Shown here: positions 1 to 7,442 of the stretch, one piece after another | Position numbering within the stretch: position 1 is the first letter of the stretch | Layout of the letters: every line of letters starts with the position of its first letter | Origin: a virus | Length of the DNA stretch: 32,000 bases | Virus record (IMG/VR): IMGVR_UViG_3300029839_000129 | Span: 11,317-43,316 of that record | Reading direction: 5' to 3' (one strand) | The notes under the pieces: generated by a model | The model's input: only the letters and a program-made list of their open reading frames with translations | Databases searched by the model: none | What the model was told of the DNA's origin: nothing | Program-made: the position numbers and the translations under genes

Positions 1-1014
1 CGTCGTCCCCCCGGAGTAGGCCACGATGCCCGCCCGCGTGAGGAAGAAAAGCGTCTCGCCCGCTATGGCCAGCGAGAGGCTGCTGCCGGCCTCCACGCCC
101 AGCGAGGCACTGCCCATGACCTGAAAATTGGAGGGCGCCGAGCCGTAGACCTTGTAGATCATCTCCTCCTTGAAGAATATCGCGTAGCCGAGGTAGGAGA
201 AGCAGGCCGTGAAGTCGCCCGCGCTGCCCACCTGCACGGCATAGCTGTCCGTGCTCAGGCCGTCGAACACGTTCCAGTTCGTCGGGTCGCCGAGCTTGCT
301 GGCGTATATCGTGTCCCCCTTGCAGCCCCACAGGCGGTTTTCATTCTCGCAAAGAAAATCTATCTCCGGCATCTCGCGGGAGAGCGTGAGCGCCGCCTCA
401 GAGTCCCCGCCCTCGTTTATCACGAAGCTATTCTCGTAGAACATAAGTTTCGTCGCAGTGACCTCGCGGACGATGATAGTCTTGTTGTTCCCGGGGTGCA
501 CCGTGGCCCCGCTTATCGTGATGCCGTCGCCGGGCTTGAAGAGCGTCGTGAAGTCCACGCCCGAGGCCTCGATGGTGTTGCTCTTGGCTGTCTCGCCGCC
601 GTAAGTGCCGTCCACGATCTGCGCCGCCCCGGTCCAGGAGGCGTTGAGGCTGCCGAACTCGCCCGTGAGCTTGTTGTAGCAGGCCATGTCCGGCATGATA
701 ATAATATAGGCCCCCAGCGCCGCGAAGGTCTTGCGGCCGGCGCTCACCGTCCCGCGTGATACTCCGTCGGCGTAGAAGGCCGTCCCGTCCACCCAGTAGA
801 GGCCGTCGTTGGCGTAAAGTCCGTAGGGCTGTGCGAGCGTTCGAGTTATGTATCGCTGAGGCCGCGGGCTGAGCAGCGGCGCGTAGTCGCTGCTCATGTT
901 CTGCATGTCGAAGATCTGCCCGTCGAGCGCGGCCAGGTTGTGGTTGTAACCGCCGTAGCTCGTTTGGTTGTACTTCCCTATTCCCGAGCCATAAAGCATG
1001 GAAGGCAGGCTCAT
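1..1014 (-). CDS. Phage structural protein (>=338 aa), C-terminus beyond the window edge. Function unknown; a tail hub or beta-propeller-like protein is only a guess.
   Basis: ATG at 1014, preceded by AAGGAGG (1022-1028), in an ATGA overlap with the stop of the upstream ORF. I hand-translated both ends in one frame (MSLPSMLYGSGIGKYNQTSYGG... and ...GETLFFLTRAGIVAYSGGTT). It is missing from the ORF track because it has no stop in the window. The Arg-rich 428..1039 ORF is an out-of-frame shadow of it. Confidence 0.65.
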   Translation of the reverse strand, partial: MSLPSMLYGSGIGKYNQTSYGGYNHNLAALDGQIFDMQNMSSDYAPLLSPRPQRYITRTLAQPYGLYANDGLYWVDGTAFYADGVSRGTVSAGRKTFAALGAYIIIMPDMACYNKLTGEFGSLNASWTGAAQIVDGTYGGETAKSNTIEASGVDFTTLFKPGDGITISGATVHPGNNKTIIVREVTATKLMFYENSFVINEGGDSEAALTLSREMPEIDFLCENENRLWGCKGDTIYASKLGDPTNWNVFDGLSTDSYAVQVGSAGDFTACFSYLGYAIFFKEEMIYKVYGSAPSNFQVMGSASLGVEAGSSLSLAIAGETLFFLTRAGIVAYSGGTT

Positions 1015-1400
1015 GTCGCCACCTCCTTGATATCCACATACGGGAGCAGCGCCTCCAGCTGCTCAGGCGATATCTGCGCAGGCGGGGAGATGGTCGCCCG
1101 GGCTATTTCCTCGCCCAGCTCAACGACGTCGAGCTTGTTGCGTTCCCGCGTGAAAGCCGCCAGATCATCGCCCGTGCGGAATCGCACGCGCCCCGGGCCT
1201 TCAAACACCGGGTTGCCCTCAGCGTCCAGCTCCGCATATTTCTTCACCAGCTCCGTCTCCGTCGAGCTGAAATAGCTCACATGCGGCCGCAGGCGCTCCA
1301 TGAGCAGCACCAGCGCGTGCGCGCTCTTGTAGTCCATGGCCTGCGCCGCAAGGGCGCGGAGCGCCTGCCATGCGGCTATGCACTGTTTGAGGTTCGTCAT
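1011..1400 (-). CDS. Hypothetical phage protein (129 aa)
   Basis: ATG at 1400 with AGGAGA RBS. Ordinary amino-acid composition. Translationally coupled to the downstream gene. Confidence 0.6.
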   Translation of the reverse strand: MTNLKQCIAAWQALRALAAQAMDYKSAHALVLLMERLRPHVSYFSSTETELVKKYAELDAEGNPVFEGPGRVRFRTGDDLAAFTRERNKLDVVELGEEIARATISPPAQISPEQLEALLPYVDIKEVAT

Positions 1401-1411
1401 GTATATTCTCC

Positions 1412-2530
1412 TTACGATATAACTTTATCGTTAACGTAAACCGTGCCATACATTTTGATGGTGCTGCCGGTTATCTGCACGGTGTTCGGCGCGTACATCC
1501 ACAGGCTGTTGCCGCTCGATAGGCTCATGCTGCCCGCGCTCTCCAGCTTGAGCGCGAACGGCACGCCCAGCGCGCTCTTGGTGTACAGGAACATTCTGTA
1601 CTGTGAATCCCCACTGTCACCCATGTCATCAAGGCGCAGGCCACCTGCAAGATAACTCTCGCTTGTGTTGGAGAGGTAGTAACACTTTATCTCGCCGCCA
1701 ATGCCACGTGACGTAAGGATCGTTTCAAACGTCGAGCCTGTAATCGACGAGCCGTCTATCGTTACGCTGGATATGTCTATGGCGCTGATAATGCCCGTGG
1801 TGATGTTCCCGCCGTTGATGGTCGTGCGTCCGCTCGTGCTCAGATCGGCGAAGGTCACCATGCCAGTGATCTGCACGTTGGTGCTCGAGAGCTGCACGCC
1901 GTTGCTCGTGAGTGTAAGCGTGCTGCTCTGCGTGCCGTTGCTGGCCGTTATCCTCAGCCCGCTCACGGTCTGCTGGAGGCTCGTGTAGTTCCCCTCAAGG
2001 TCGGAAATATCCGAGGTCAGTGAAGTTGCCGTCTGCTGGAGGGTCGAGATATTCCCCTCTGCACTCGTGACCCTGCTCGTCAGGCTGTCCGAAGTCTGGA
2101 ACAGCGTCGTGATGTTCCCCTCAGCGTCTTCCACGCGGGCGGACAGGCTTTCTGATATTTGATATATGGCGGAGATGTTCCCCTCCGCGTCCTCGAGCTG
2201 GGTAGAGAGGCTCGCCGCCGTCTGCTGGAGCGTGGAGATGTTGCCCTCCGCATCCTGGAGCTGAGTACTTATAATGCCGAGGTTGACGTCTATTTCCGCC
2301 AGGCTGCCGTCCACACCGTCCAGCCTGAGGATCAGAGGCTGATTGATGATCCCCGCGATCTCGATAAACGAGTTGGCGTTGATGTTGTCGAGCCCGAGGT
2401 TGGAGAGCGAGTATGTGAGCTGCTCCTTGAGCATGTAGAGGTAATTCATTATCGTGAACACCTGCTGCTCCGTGCTCTTCCCGCTCAGGTTGGGGAACAT
2501 TATGTCGGTATTCAGTATGCTGCTCGGCAT
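1412..2530 (-). CDS. Fibre-like structural protein (372 aa) with five tandem 21-aa repeats
   Basis: ATG at 2530 with GGAGGTGG RBS. Repeat unit (L/V)xDAEGNISTLQQTAxSLxxx. The C-terminal half is Ser/Thr/Gly-rich and looks beta-rich (TINGGNITTG, SVTIDGSSITG). Confidence 0.7.
   Translation of the reverse strand: MPSSILNTDIMFPNLSGKSTEQQVFTIMNYLYMLKEQLTYSLSNLGLDNINANSFIEIAGIINQPLILRLDGVDGSLAEIDVNLGIISTQLQDAEGNISTLQQTAASLSTQLEDAEGNISAIYQISESLSARVEDAEGNITTLFQTSDSLTSRVTSAEGNISTLQQTATSLTSDISDLEGNYTSLQQTVSGLRITASNGTQSSTLTLTSNGVQLSSTNVQITGMVTFADLSTSGRTTINGGNITTGIISAIDISSVTIDGSSITGSTFETILTSRGIGGEIKCYYLSNTSESYLAGGLRLDDMGDSGDSQYRMFLYTKSALGVPFALKLESAGSMSLSSGNSLWMYAPNTVQITGSTIKMYGTVYVNDKVIS
1949..2260 (-). 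repeat. Five tandem 63-bp (21-aa) coding repeats inside the fibre-like gene
   Basis: Residues ~91-194: LQDAEGNISTLQQTAASLSTQ / LEDAEGNISAIYQISESLSAR / VEDAEGNITTLFQTSDSLTSR / VTSAEGNISTLQQTATSLTSD / ISDLEGNYTSLQQTVSGLRIT. Confidence 0.75.
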
Positions 2531-2551
2531 ACCCGCTCTCCACCTCCTTTC

Positions 2552-2857
2552 CTATATGATCTGCGAAAGCAGCAGCGTCACAGCACCGGACGTGAGCGCC
2601 GTGGCTATGTAGCCCATGAGCTTGCGCCATTTTTCGCCGTCGCGGTCCTCGAGAGCCTGAAGCCGGCGCCCTTGCCGCCCCTGCTCTTCGACCATGCTTT
2701 CAAGGCTTTGGGCAAGCCTCTGCACTGAAAGCGTAAGATCGCCGATCTCGCGCACGGTGTTTTCGAGCATTTCCAGGCGCTTGTCCTGCCGCTTCTCCTG
2801 CGCGTCGATGCGTTTTGCGAATTCCTCATGCTCCGCGCGCGATATCGGCCCATCCAT
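2552..2857 (-). CDS. xhlA: XhlA-family lysis-associated membrane protein
   Basis: Coiled-coil N-terminus, a DGEKWRK motif and one C-terminal TM helix (LMGYIATALTSGAVTLLLSQII). The ORF-track start at 2863 is a TTG directly abutting the RBS. ATG 2857 lies 6 nt after AGGAGGA, so I prefer it. Confidence 0.7.
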   Translation of the reverse strand: MDGPISRAEHEEFAKRIDAQEKRQDKRLEMLENTVREIGDLTLSVQRLAQSLESMVEEQGRQGRRLQALEDRDGEKWRKLMGYIATALTSGAVTLLLSQII

Positions 2858-2859
2858 AA

Positions 2860-3117
2860 TCAATCCTCCTTAGGCTTTTCGTACATCATGGCGAGATTAC
2901 TGTCGCTCAGGCCGGCGGTGGTCGGGTCGGTGACAACGCCGAGTATCGCCAGCACCGCAAACAGCGCGTTCACCACGGCCAGCAGCTTGTCGCCCATCTC
3001 CGACAGGTCAAGGCTGAACCCGAAAACATACGCCACCGCCTGAATCAGCAGCAGCAGCGCAGGGATGAGCGCAAGCCAAAAGTTTTTGTTTTTAATGCGA
3101 ACTTTCCAGTTAATCAC
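2860..3117 (-). CDS. Holin (85 aa), phi-LC3 / Phage_holin_1-like
   Basis: MINWKVRIKNKNFW start, two hydrophobic helices and the GVVTDPTTAGLSDS motif typical of this holin family. GTG start 7 nt after AGGAGG. Sits beside the endolysin. Confidence 0.8.
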   Translation of the reverse strand: MINWKVRIKNKNFWLALIPALLLLIQAVAYVFGFSLDLSEMGDKLLAVVNALFAVLAILGVVTDPTTAGLSDSNLAMMYEKPKED

Positions 3118-3146
3118 TTTAAAACCTCCTTATTCTTTATCGGATA

Positions 3147-4604
3147 TCATATTCCGAGTGCACGATAGAGCATCGTCCACACCTGCTGCCGCGTGCAGGC
3201 TGCGTCCGGGTTCTCTCCGTCGGATATACCCTGCGCCATTACCCACTCTCGCGCAAGCTCGGTCTCGGTCTTGGCGGGGGTTTCGGTATCAGGCTCGGGG
3301 TTCGGCTCAGGCTCGGGTGCTTTCGCAGGCTGATTAAGCCCGTTCTTTTCGATGATATCCGGGTAGTCGTAGTAGGCGGCGTTCATGTCCACACGCCTAG
3401 AAATGCCGTTCACACTGCCGGAGTTAGTATACTGCCAGATACCGCCCGCCTGTGCGGGCTTGCTGCTGGGATCCGGCTTGGACGGCCACTGGGCGAGCCA
3501 GATGTCGTAGTTTTTGGGGATATAGCTGTCGAAGTATTTGCTCAGATAGCTCGGGTTGGTGTATATCATCGCATAATACTTCGCCTGTTCGATGCGTCCG
3601 CAAAACGCATATGCAAGGGCGGTGACGTGTGCCTTGTCCGGCTCGACGCCGTTTTTCTTGGCGTATTTAACGCTGTCGCTCTCATAATCGAACGCGATAG
3701 GGTAGTCGAGCTTGTACGGCTCAACTGCCGCCAGCGCATACTCAGCCTCGCGTATCGCCATGGCCTCTGTATAGGCATAGGAGAACCAGTAGACGCCGCA
3801 GGGGATGCCGAGGCGGTTGCACTCGCTGATGTTGCGCTTGAACTGTGGGTCGATATTGTTCTGTCCGTAGCCCGCGCGGATCATGGCAAACTCAATGCCC
3901 GCCGCGTGGACGGCCTCCCAGTCGATTGTCTTCTGCCACTCAGAGACATCTATTCCCGTTTTGTATGTAGTCGTAGTGATCTCCTCCTTGTCGTCTTCCG
4001 TGTCGTCTCCGCCCGTGCCGCCGTCTTCCGCGAACCACAGCAGTAGGAAGCTGTACAGGTCGCGCCCGTCGCCGCGCTGATAGGTTGTGCCATCATAGCA
4101 CTGAGAGCTGCCCGAGCCATCCAGCACCATGCCGTCCACGATGCCGAGCGCCTGCATCCTGTCCACTATGCCGTCCAACGTGTAGTTGGAGGTCGTAACC
4201 TCGACCGTCCATTTCCCCGTCTTGTCCACGCCGAACCATGTTCGGAGCGTGGAGCGCCGGACGCTTGCGGTCTGCCGGTCGATAACATCGTCGCGGCACT
4301 TGCCGCCCACCAGCACGGGCAGGGTGGAGAGATAGTTGTCATTGCCCATCGTGGATACCATCATAGGCAGTGCGCCCGCGTTCCAACCGAAGCCCCAGTC
4401 CATCCAGTCCTCGGTGGAGAGCACCTTGCCGTCCACCTTGTAATTGCCGCAGGGCTTCGGGCCGGGGTCCCACCAGTGCCCGTTGGTGACGATGAGCTTG
4501 CCGGGGTGCTTGCCCTTGTTGGCGTTGTATACAGTTACAACGCTGGATTTGCCGGTATAATCGTTATACAGCTCCGCTCGGAGCAGTGTGCCTGTGTGTA
4601 TCAT
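3147..4604 (-). CDS. Three-part endolysin: N-terminal phosphodiester-glycosidase (NAGPA/DUF2233)-like domain, GH25 muramidase, and a C-terminal single SLH-like motif
   Basis: N-terminal part ends in VLDGSGSSQ. An acidic/Thr linker follows. The GH25 signature is GIDVSEWQKTIDWEAVHAAGIEFAMIRAGYG...GVYWFSYA. A Pro/Glu linker follows, then AREWVMAQGISDGENPDAACTRQQVWTMLYRA. ATG at 4604 with GAGGTG RBS. Confidence 0.85.
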   Translation of the reverse strand: MIHTGTLLRAELYNDYTGKSSVVTVYNANKGKHPGKLIVTNGHWWDPGPKPCGNYKVDGKVLSTEDWMDWGFGWNAGALPMMVSTMGNDNYLSTLPVLVGGKCRDDVIDRQTASVRRSTLRTWFGVDKTGKWTVEVTTSNYTLDGIVDRMQALGIVDGMVLDGSGSSQCYDGTTYQRGDGRDLYSFLLLWFAEDGGTGGDDTEDDKEEITTTTYKTGIDVSEWQKTIDWEAVHAAGIEFAMIRAGYGQNNIDPQFKRNISECNRLGIPCGVYWFSYAYTEAMAIREAEYALAAVEPYKLDYPIAFDYESDSVKYAKKNGVEPDKAHVTALAYAFCGRIEQAKYYAMIYTNPSYLSKYFDSYIPKNYDIWLAQWPSKPDPSSKPAQAGGIWQYTNSGSVNGISRRVDMNAAYYDYPDIIEKNGLNQPAKAPEPEPNPEPDTETPAKTETELAREWVMAQGISDGENPDAACTRQQVWTMLYRALGI

Positions 4605-4616
4605 GGTGTCACCTCG

Positions 4617-5207
4617 CTATCTTTTAATTGTAAAATCCCCCGACACATAAAAGAAATCCTCGTCGCCAGCAATGAAGTTATAACTGTCTACTCGTGTTAT
4701 ACCGCCAGATATAGTTAAATTTTCGCCAGGAGAAGCATAAACTAAAGAATATTTTGGTATTTGGTTATCTGTTATTGTACTCGCTCCCATACCTACTGTG
4801 TTAAATGAGTAACCTCTAGTGGTTCCTCGAGTAGGATACAATGCACTAAAACTAGAAGAAGCAGCTATAAACGTACCGGTTACAACTTCGCTACTATGCG
4901 TTCCAGTCACCCCAAATATACTCACACCCTCGGCTATGTTCTCCGCCTTGAGGTTCGCATCACCCTTGACCGTCACCGCGCCCGTGGTATATCTCCCGGA
5001 CGCTACGGCGGTCTGCGTCGTCGTGCCGGGCGTCACCGTCTTCTCCCCTTGCGTCGGAAGCTGCTGCGTGGCGCTCTTGCTGCCGCCGGGCACATAGCCC
5101 GCTTCCTGCTCAGTCGTGGCCGTGATAAGCCCTTCGGCGCTCACGTCGATTATCGGTGTGGCGGCTTCGACCCGCGGGCTGTTGCCGTCATTCGGGTTTG
5201 CTATCAT
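4617..5207 (-). CDS. Tail fibre / receptor-binding protein, paralogue 2 (196 aa)
   Basis: Shares with 6348..7025 the MI(A/N)NP start, a conserved core (GLITAT...SATQQL.TQG.KTVTP...TQTAVASGRYTTGAV.V.GDANLK.ENI..G.SIFGV.G) and the C-terminal tip YV(S/T)xDF(T/S)I. The part distal to the IFGV motif diverges and is AT-rich. Confidence 0.65.
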   Translation of the reverse strand: MIANPNDGNSPRVEAATPIIDVSAEGLITATTEQEAGYVPGGSKSATQQLPTQGEKTVTPGTTTQTAVASGRYTTGAVTVKGDANLKAENIAEGVSIFGVTGTHSSEVVTGTFIAASSSFSALYPTRGTTRGYSFNTVGMGASTITDNQIPKYSLVYASPGENLTISGGITRVDSYNFIAGDEDFFYVSGDFTIKR

Positions 5208-6270
5208 AGCTGCACCTCATTATCTCCAGATTTTTGCGGAGCCGCTCATTCCCGGGCTCCAGCTCCACGGCCTTTTCCGCCGCCGTAACCGCATCGTAAT
5301 AATGCCCGAGCTGCCAGCTGGCTATTGCCATAATGTCATACGGCTCCGCGCCCCAGGCCTCCGGCTCGGTAATGTAGTTGTTGTCGCGCGTGGTGATGTG
5401 CAGCGTCCGCATGGCCCAGTAACGGCACAGAGGCCAGTCCGAGCGCCGGTAGTAGAGCATCGCCAGCGCATATGGCGCCTCGCGCTGTGTCAGCGCCTCC
5501 TCGGCTGCCCGTTCCAGCCAATGTGCCGCGCTCTGCCAATCGCCCAGCGCCTCGCAGCAGCGGGCTATGTAGCGCATGCTCGCCGCCCGCTCCGCGGCCC
5601 AGGTCGCCGTGGGCATCGCCAGGTGCCGCATGAGCGTCGCTATCGCGTCACCCCAGCGTCCGTGGAACATGTACTCCCGCCCGAGGTAGTGCATGTTGCG
5701 GTCGTCGCCCGGGTCCTCGGCGGCGGAAAGCTCAAGCAATGGGAGATACTGCCCGCGGCTCTTGCTGCTGTCCGGCCAGTGCTCCACGCGCAGCGCGGGG
5801 ACGGTGATGCAGCTCTCCGGCCGCTCCGTCGCCAGCACCTCGTGTACGGGGTGCGTCCACCGATAGCCGTGCCGGGCGTGGATCTTGTCCGCGAAGAACA
5901 CTACGCCGTCTCCCCCGTCGCGCGTGTGGCTCCAAACGTAGGTATACCGCGCCCTCGTAGTGCCGGGCGTCCAGGCCACCTCCAGCGCCTCGCGCCAGCC
6001 GGGGCAAAGCACCTCGTCGAGGTCGAGACAGATGCAGATGTCCGCGTCCAAGGGCAGCAGGGCGAGCGAGGCATTACGCGCCGCATCAAAGCGCCATGGC
6101 TCGATAGTCTGCTCGTACACGTTGGCCCCCAGCGCCCGCAGCCGCTCCGGTGTCCCGTCCGTGCTGCCAGTGTCGAGCACATACACGCCGTCGGCCTCCG
6201 CGCATGAGCCCATGAACCGCTCGGCGAATTGTGCCTCGTTTTTGCAAATGGCGTAGATGATGATGTTCAT
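5188..6270 (-). CDS. Family-2 (GT-A) glycosyltransferase with a C-terminal TPR-like helical domain (360 aa)
   Basis: N-terminus IIIYAICKNEAQF...VLDTGSTDGT...RFDAARNASL...CLDLDEV (DxD) is a typical GT2 signature. The C-terminal half has TPR-like repeats (YLGREYMFHGRWGDAIATL, YIARCCEALGDWQSAAHWLERA, ASWQLGHYYDAVTAAEKAVELEP). ATG at 6270 with GAGGT RBS. Confidence 0.85.
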   Translation of the reverse strand: MNIIIYAICKNEAQFAERFMGSCAEADGVYVLDTGSTDGTPERLRALGANVYEQTIEPWRFDAARNASLALLPLDADICICLDLDEVLCPGWREALEVAWTPGTTRARYTYVWSHTRDGGDGVVFFADKIHARHGYRWTHPVHEVLATERPESCITVPALRVEHWPDSSKSRGQYLPLLELSAAEDPGDDRNMHYLGREYMFHGRWGDAIATLMRHLAMPTATWAAERAASMRYIARCCEALGDWQSAAHWLERAAEEALTQREAPYALAMLYYRRSDWPLCRYWAMRTLHITTRDNNYITEPEAWGAEPYDIMAIASWQLGHYYDAVTAAEKAVELEPGNERLRKNLEIMRCSYDSKPE

Positions 6271-6306
6271 GTAGTTACCTCAAACGTGGTCGTTACAGTT
6301 TTCGCG

Positions 6307-6341
6307 CGGAGTAGTGTGCCTGTATAGAGAATAGTGTCGCC
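6307..6341 (-). pseudogene. Fossil 5' end of an endolysin gene; the start codon has decayed to ATT
   Basis: 6307-6341 aligns with 4579-4616, the endolysin start region (shared cggag.agtgtgcctgt ... gtgtc.cc). The remnant reads I-L-Y-T-G-T-L-L-R-A; the endolysin reads M-I-H-T-G-T-L-L-R-A. Confidence 0.6.
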
Positions 6342-6347
6342 TTTTAA

Positions 6348-7025
6348 TTAATACGAAATTGAAAAATCATCCGTTACATATAGCAAAGAAGCTACTATTG
6401 TGTAGTTCATTGTGAATTCAAAGAGATACTCTATGCCGCCTGTTAGTCTAAGGTCTGTTTCGCCAAAATCACTTATTACTACAAATGAGTTTTTTAGAAT
6501 ATCCCATGTAGTATTTACTTCTTGGGAATCCCAAAGTCGCTTGTAACCGCTCGGAGTACAAATGAAATGCGCCCGATTAGAGTATCGGAATGAAAACGTC
6601 CCTTTTACAGTCTCTAGTACATTTGCTGAACCGGATACACCAAATATACTCTTGCCATTTACGATGTTTTCAGGTTTCAAATTAGCGTCTCCTGCGACTT
6701 GCACAGCACCAGTTGTATATCTGCCAGAAGCAACAGCGGTTTGCGTCGAGGTACTGGGGGTTACAGTCTTTGCGCCCTGCGTCGTGAGCTGTTGCGTGGC
6801 GCTCATTGTGCCGTCTGCGACGATGCCGCCGACCTGCGCAGCTGTGGCGGTGATAAGCCCTCCGGAGGATACAGAGATTGACGGCGTAGCCTGTTCCACA
6901 TCGGGCACCGTGCCGGTGACTACGCTGCCATCCGGGGCGATGAGGCTTTTGCCGCTTCTGAGGTCGATTGCCGTACCTGGGTTCTCAAGCGTCGGCAGCT
7001 GCTTGTGGACTGGGTTGTTTATCAT
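6348..7025 (-). CDS. Tail fibre / receptor-binding protein, paralogue 1 (225 aa)
   Basis: Homologous to 4617..5207 (see that entry). I prefer ATG 7025 (MINNPVHKQ...) to the ORF-track start 7058, because it matches the MIANP start of the paralogue. The distal two thirds are AT-rich. Confidence 0.65.
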   Translation of the reverse strand: MINNPVHKQLPTLENPGTAIDLRSGKSLIAPDGSVVTGTVPDVEQATPSISVSSGGLITATAAQVGGIVADGTMSATQQLTTQGAKTVTPSTSTQTAVASGRYTTGAVQVAGDANLKPENIVNGKSIFGVSGSANVLETVKGTFSFRYSNRAHFICTPSGYKRLWDSQEVNTTWDILKNSFVVISDFGETDLRLTGGIEYLFEFTMNYTIVASLLYVTDDFSISY

Positions 7026-7050
7026 GCCGCACCGCCTTCCGGCTCGCGGT

Positions 7051-7356
7051 TTATGCAAAGGCTATATAAGTCCTGGTAAAGGAGCCTGGCACGCTGCTGG
7101 CACCAATTGTTAAAGTTCTCTCGTCTGTGAAATATACTTCCGGTGATAGCCCTGATGTGCTCATTCCGGGCAGCAGAAGGAATGTCAGTTCGCAGCTGGG
7201 TGAGGCGCCTGAAATTGCTGGTTTGTTGTAGTCGCCTACCAAAACTACTGATGCCGGCTGAGCAAATGTGATTTTTGTCCCCGCTTCCCCCTTTATCTGC
7301 CCACTGGCAACAACTCCGCTCCTTGCAGAGCCTGGGTTCAGTATCACGTCCGGCAC
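7051..7356 (-). CDS. Hypothetical structural-module protein (~98-101 aa)
   Basis: ORF lying between the collagen-like gene and fibre paralogue 1. GTG 7356 abuts the AAGGAGGTG RBS, so GTG 7347 (6-nt spacing) is the more likely start. Confidence 0.5.
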   Translation of the reverse strand: MPDVILNPGSARSGVVASGQIKGEAGTKITFAQPASVVLVGDYNKPAISGASPSCELTFLLLPGMSTSGLSPEVYFTDERTLTIGASSVPGSFTRTYIAFA

Positions 7357-7393
7357 CTCCTTTGTGCAAGGTGCCAGTAAAGGGAGCTAGACG

Positions 7394-7402
7394 CCCCCCC
7401 CC
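7394..7402. repeat. Homopolymer C9 (G9 on the coding strand) in the 86-bp intergenic gap
   Basis: acgCCCCCCCCCgctggg, read directly from the sequence. Confidence 0.9.
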
Positions 7403-7442
7403 GCTGGGATTATGTGGTATTTATGCATTGTGTACAACCTCC

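Noticed and set aside
428-1039. 203-aa Arg-rich minus-strand ORF listed in the track
   Set aside because: It is out of frame relative to the real gene (1..1014, ATG 1014 with AAGGAGG). Its composition (Arg/Gly/His-rich) is that of a shadow frame.
5116-6207. 363-aa ORF on the + strand
   Set aside because: It is antisense to the GT2-TPR gene, whose DxD and TPR motifs mark the true frame. The translation is Arg/Pro-rich.
4617-7025. Diversity-generating retroelement as an explanation for the two related fibre genes
   Set aside because: There is no reverse transcriptase in the window. The two copies differ at all base types and by indels, not by adenine-specific substitutions. The shared segment is protein-coding in both copies rather than a template/variable repeat pair.
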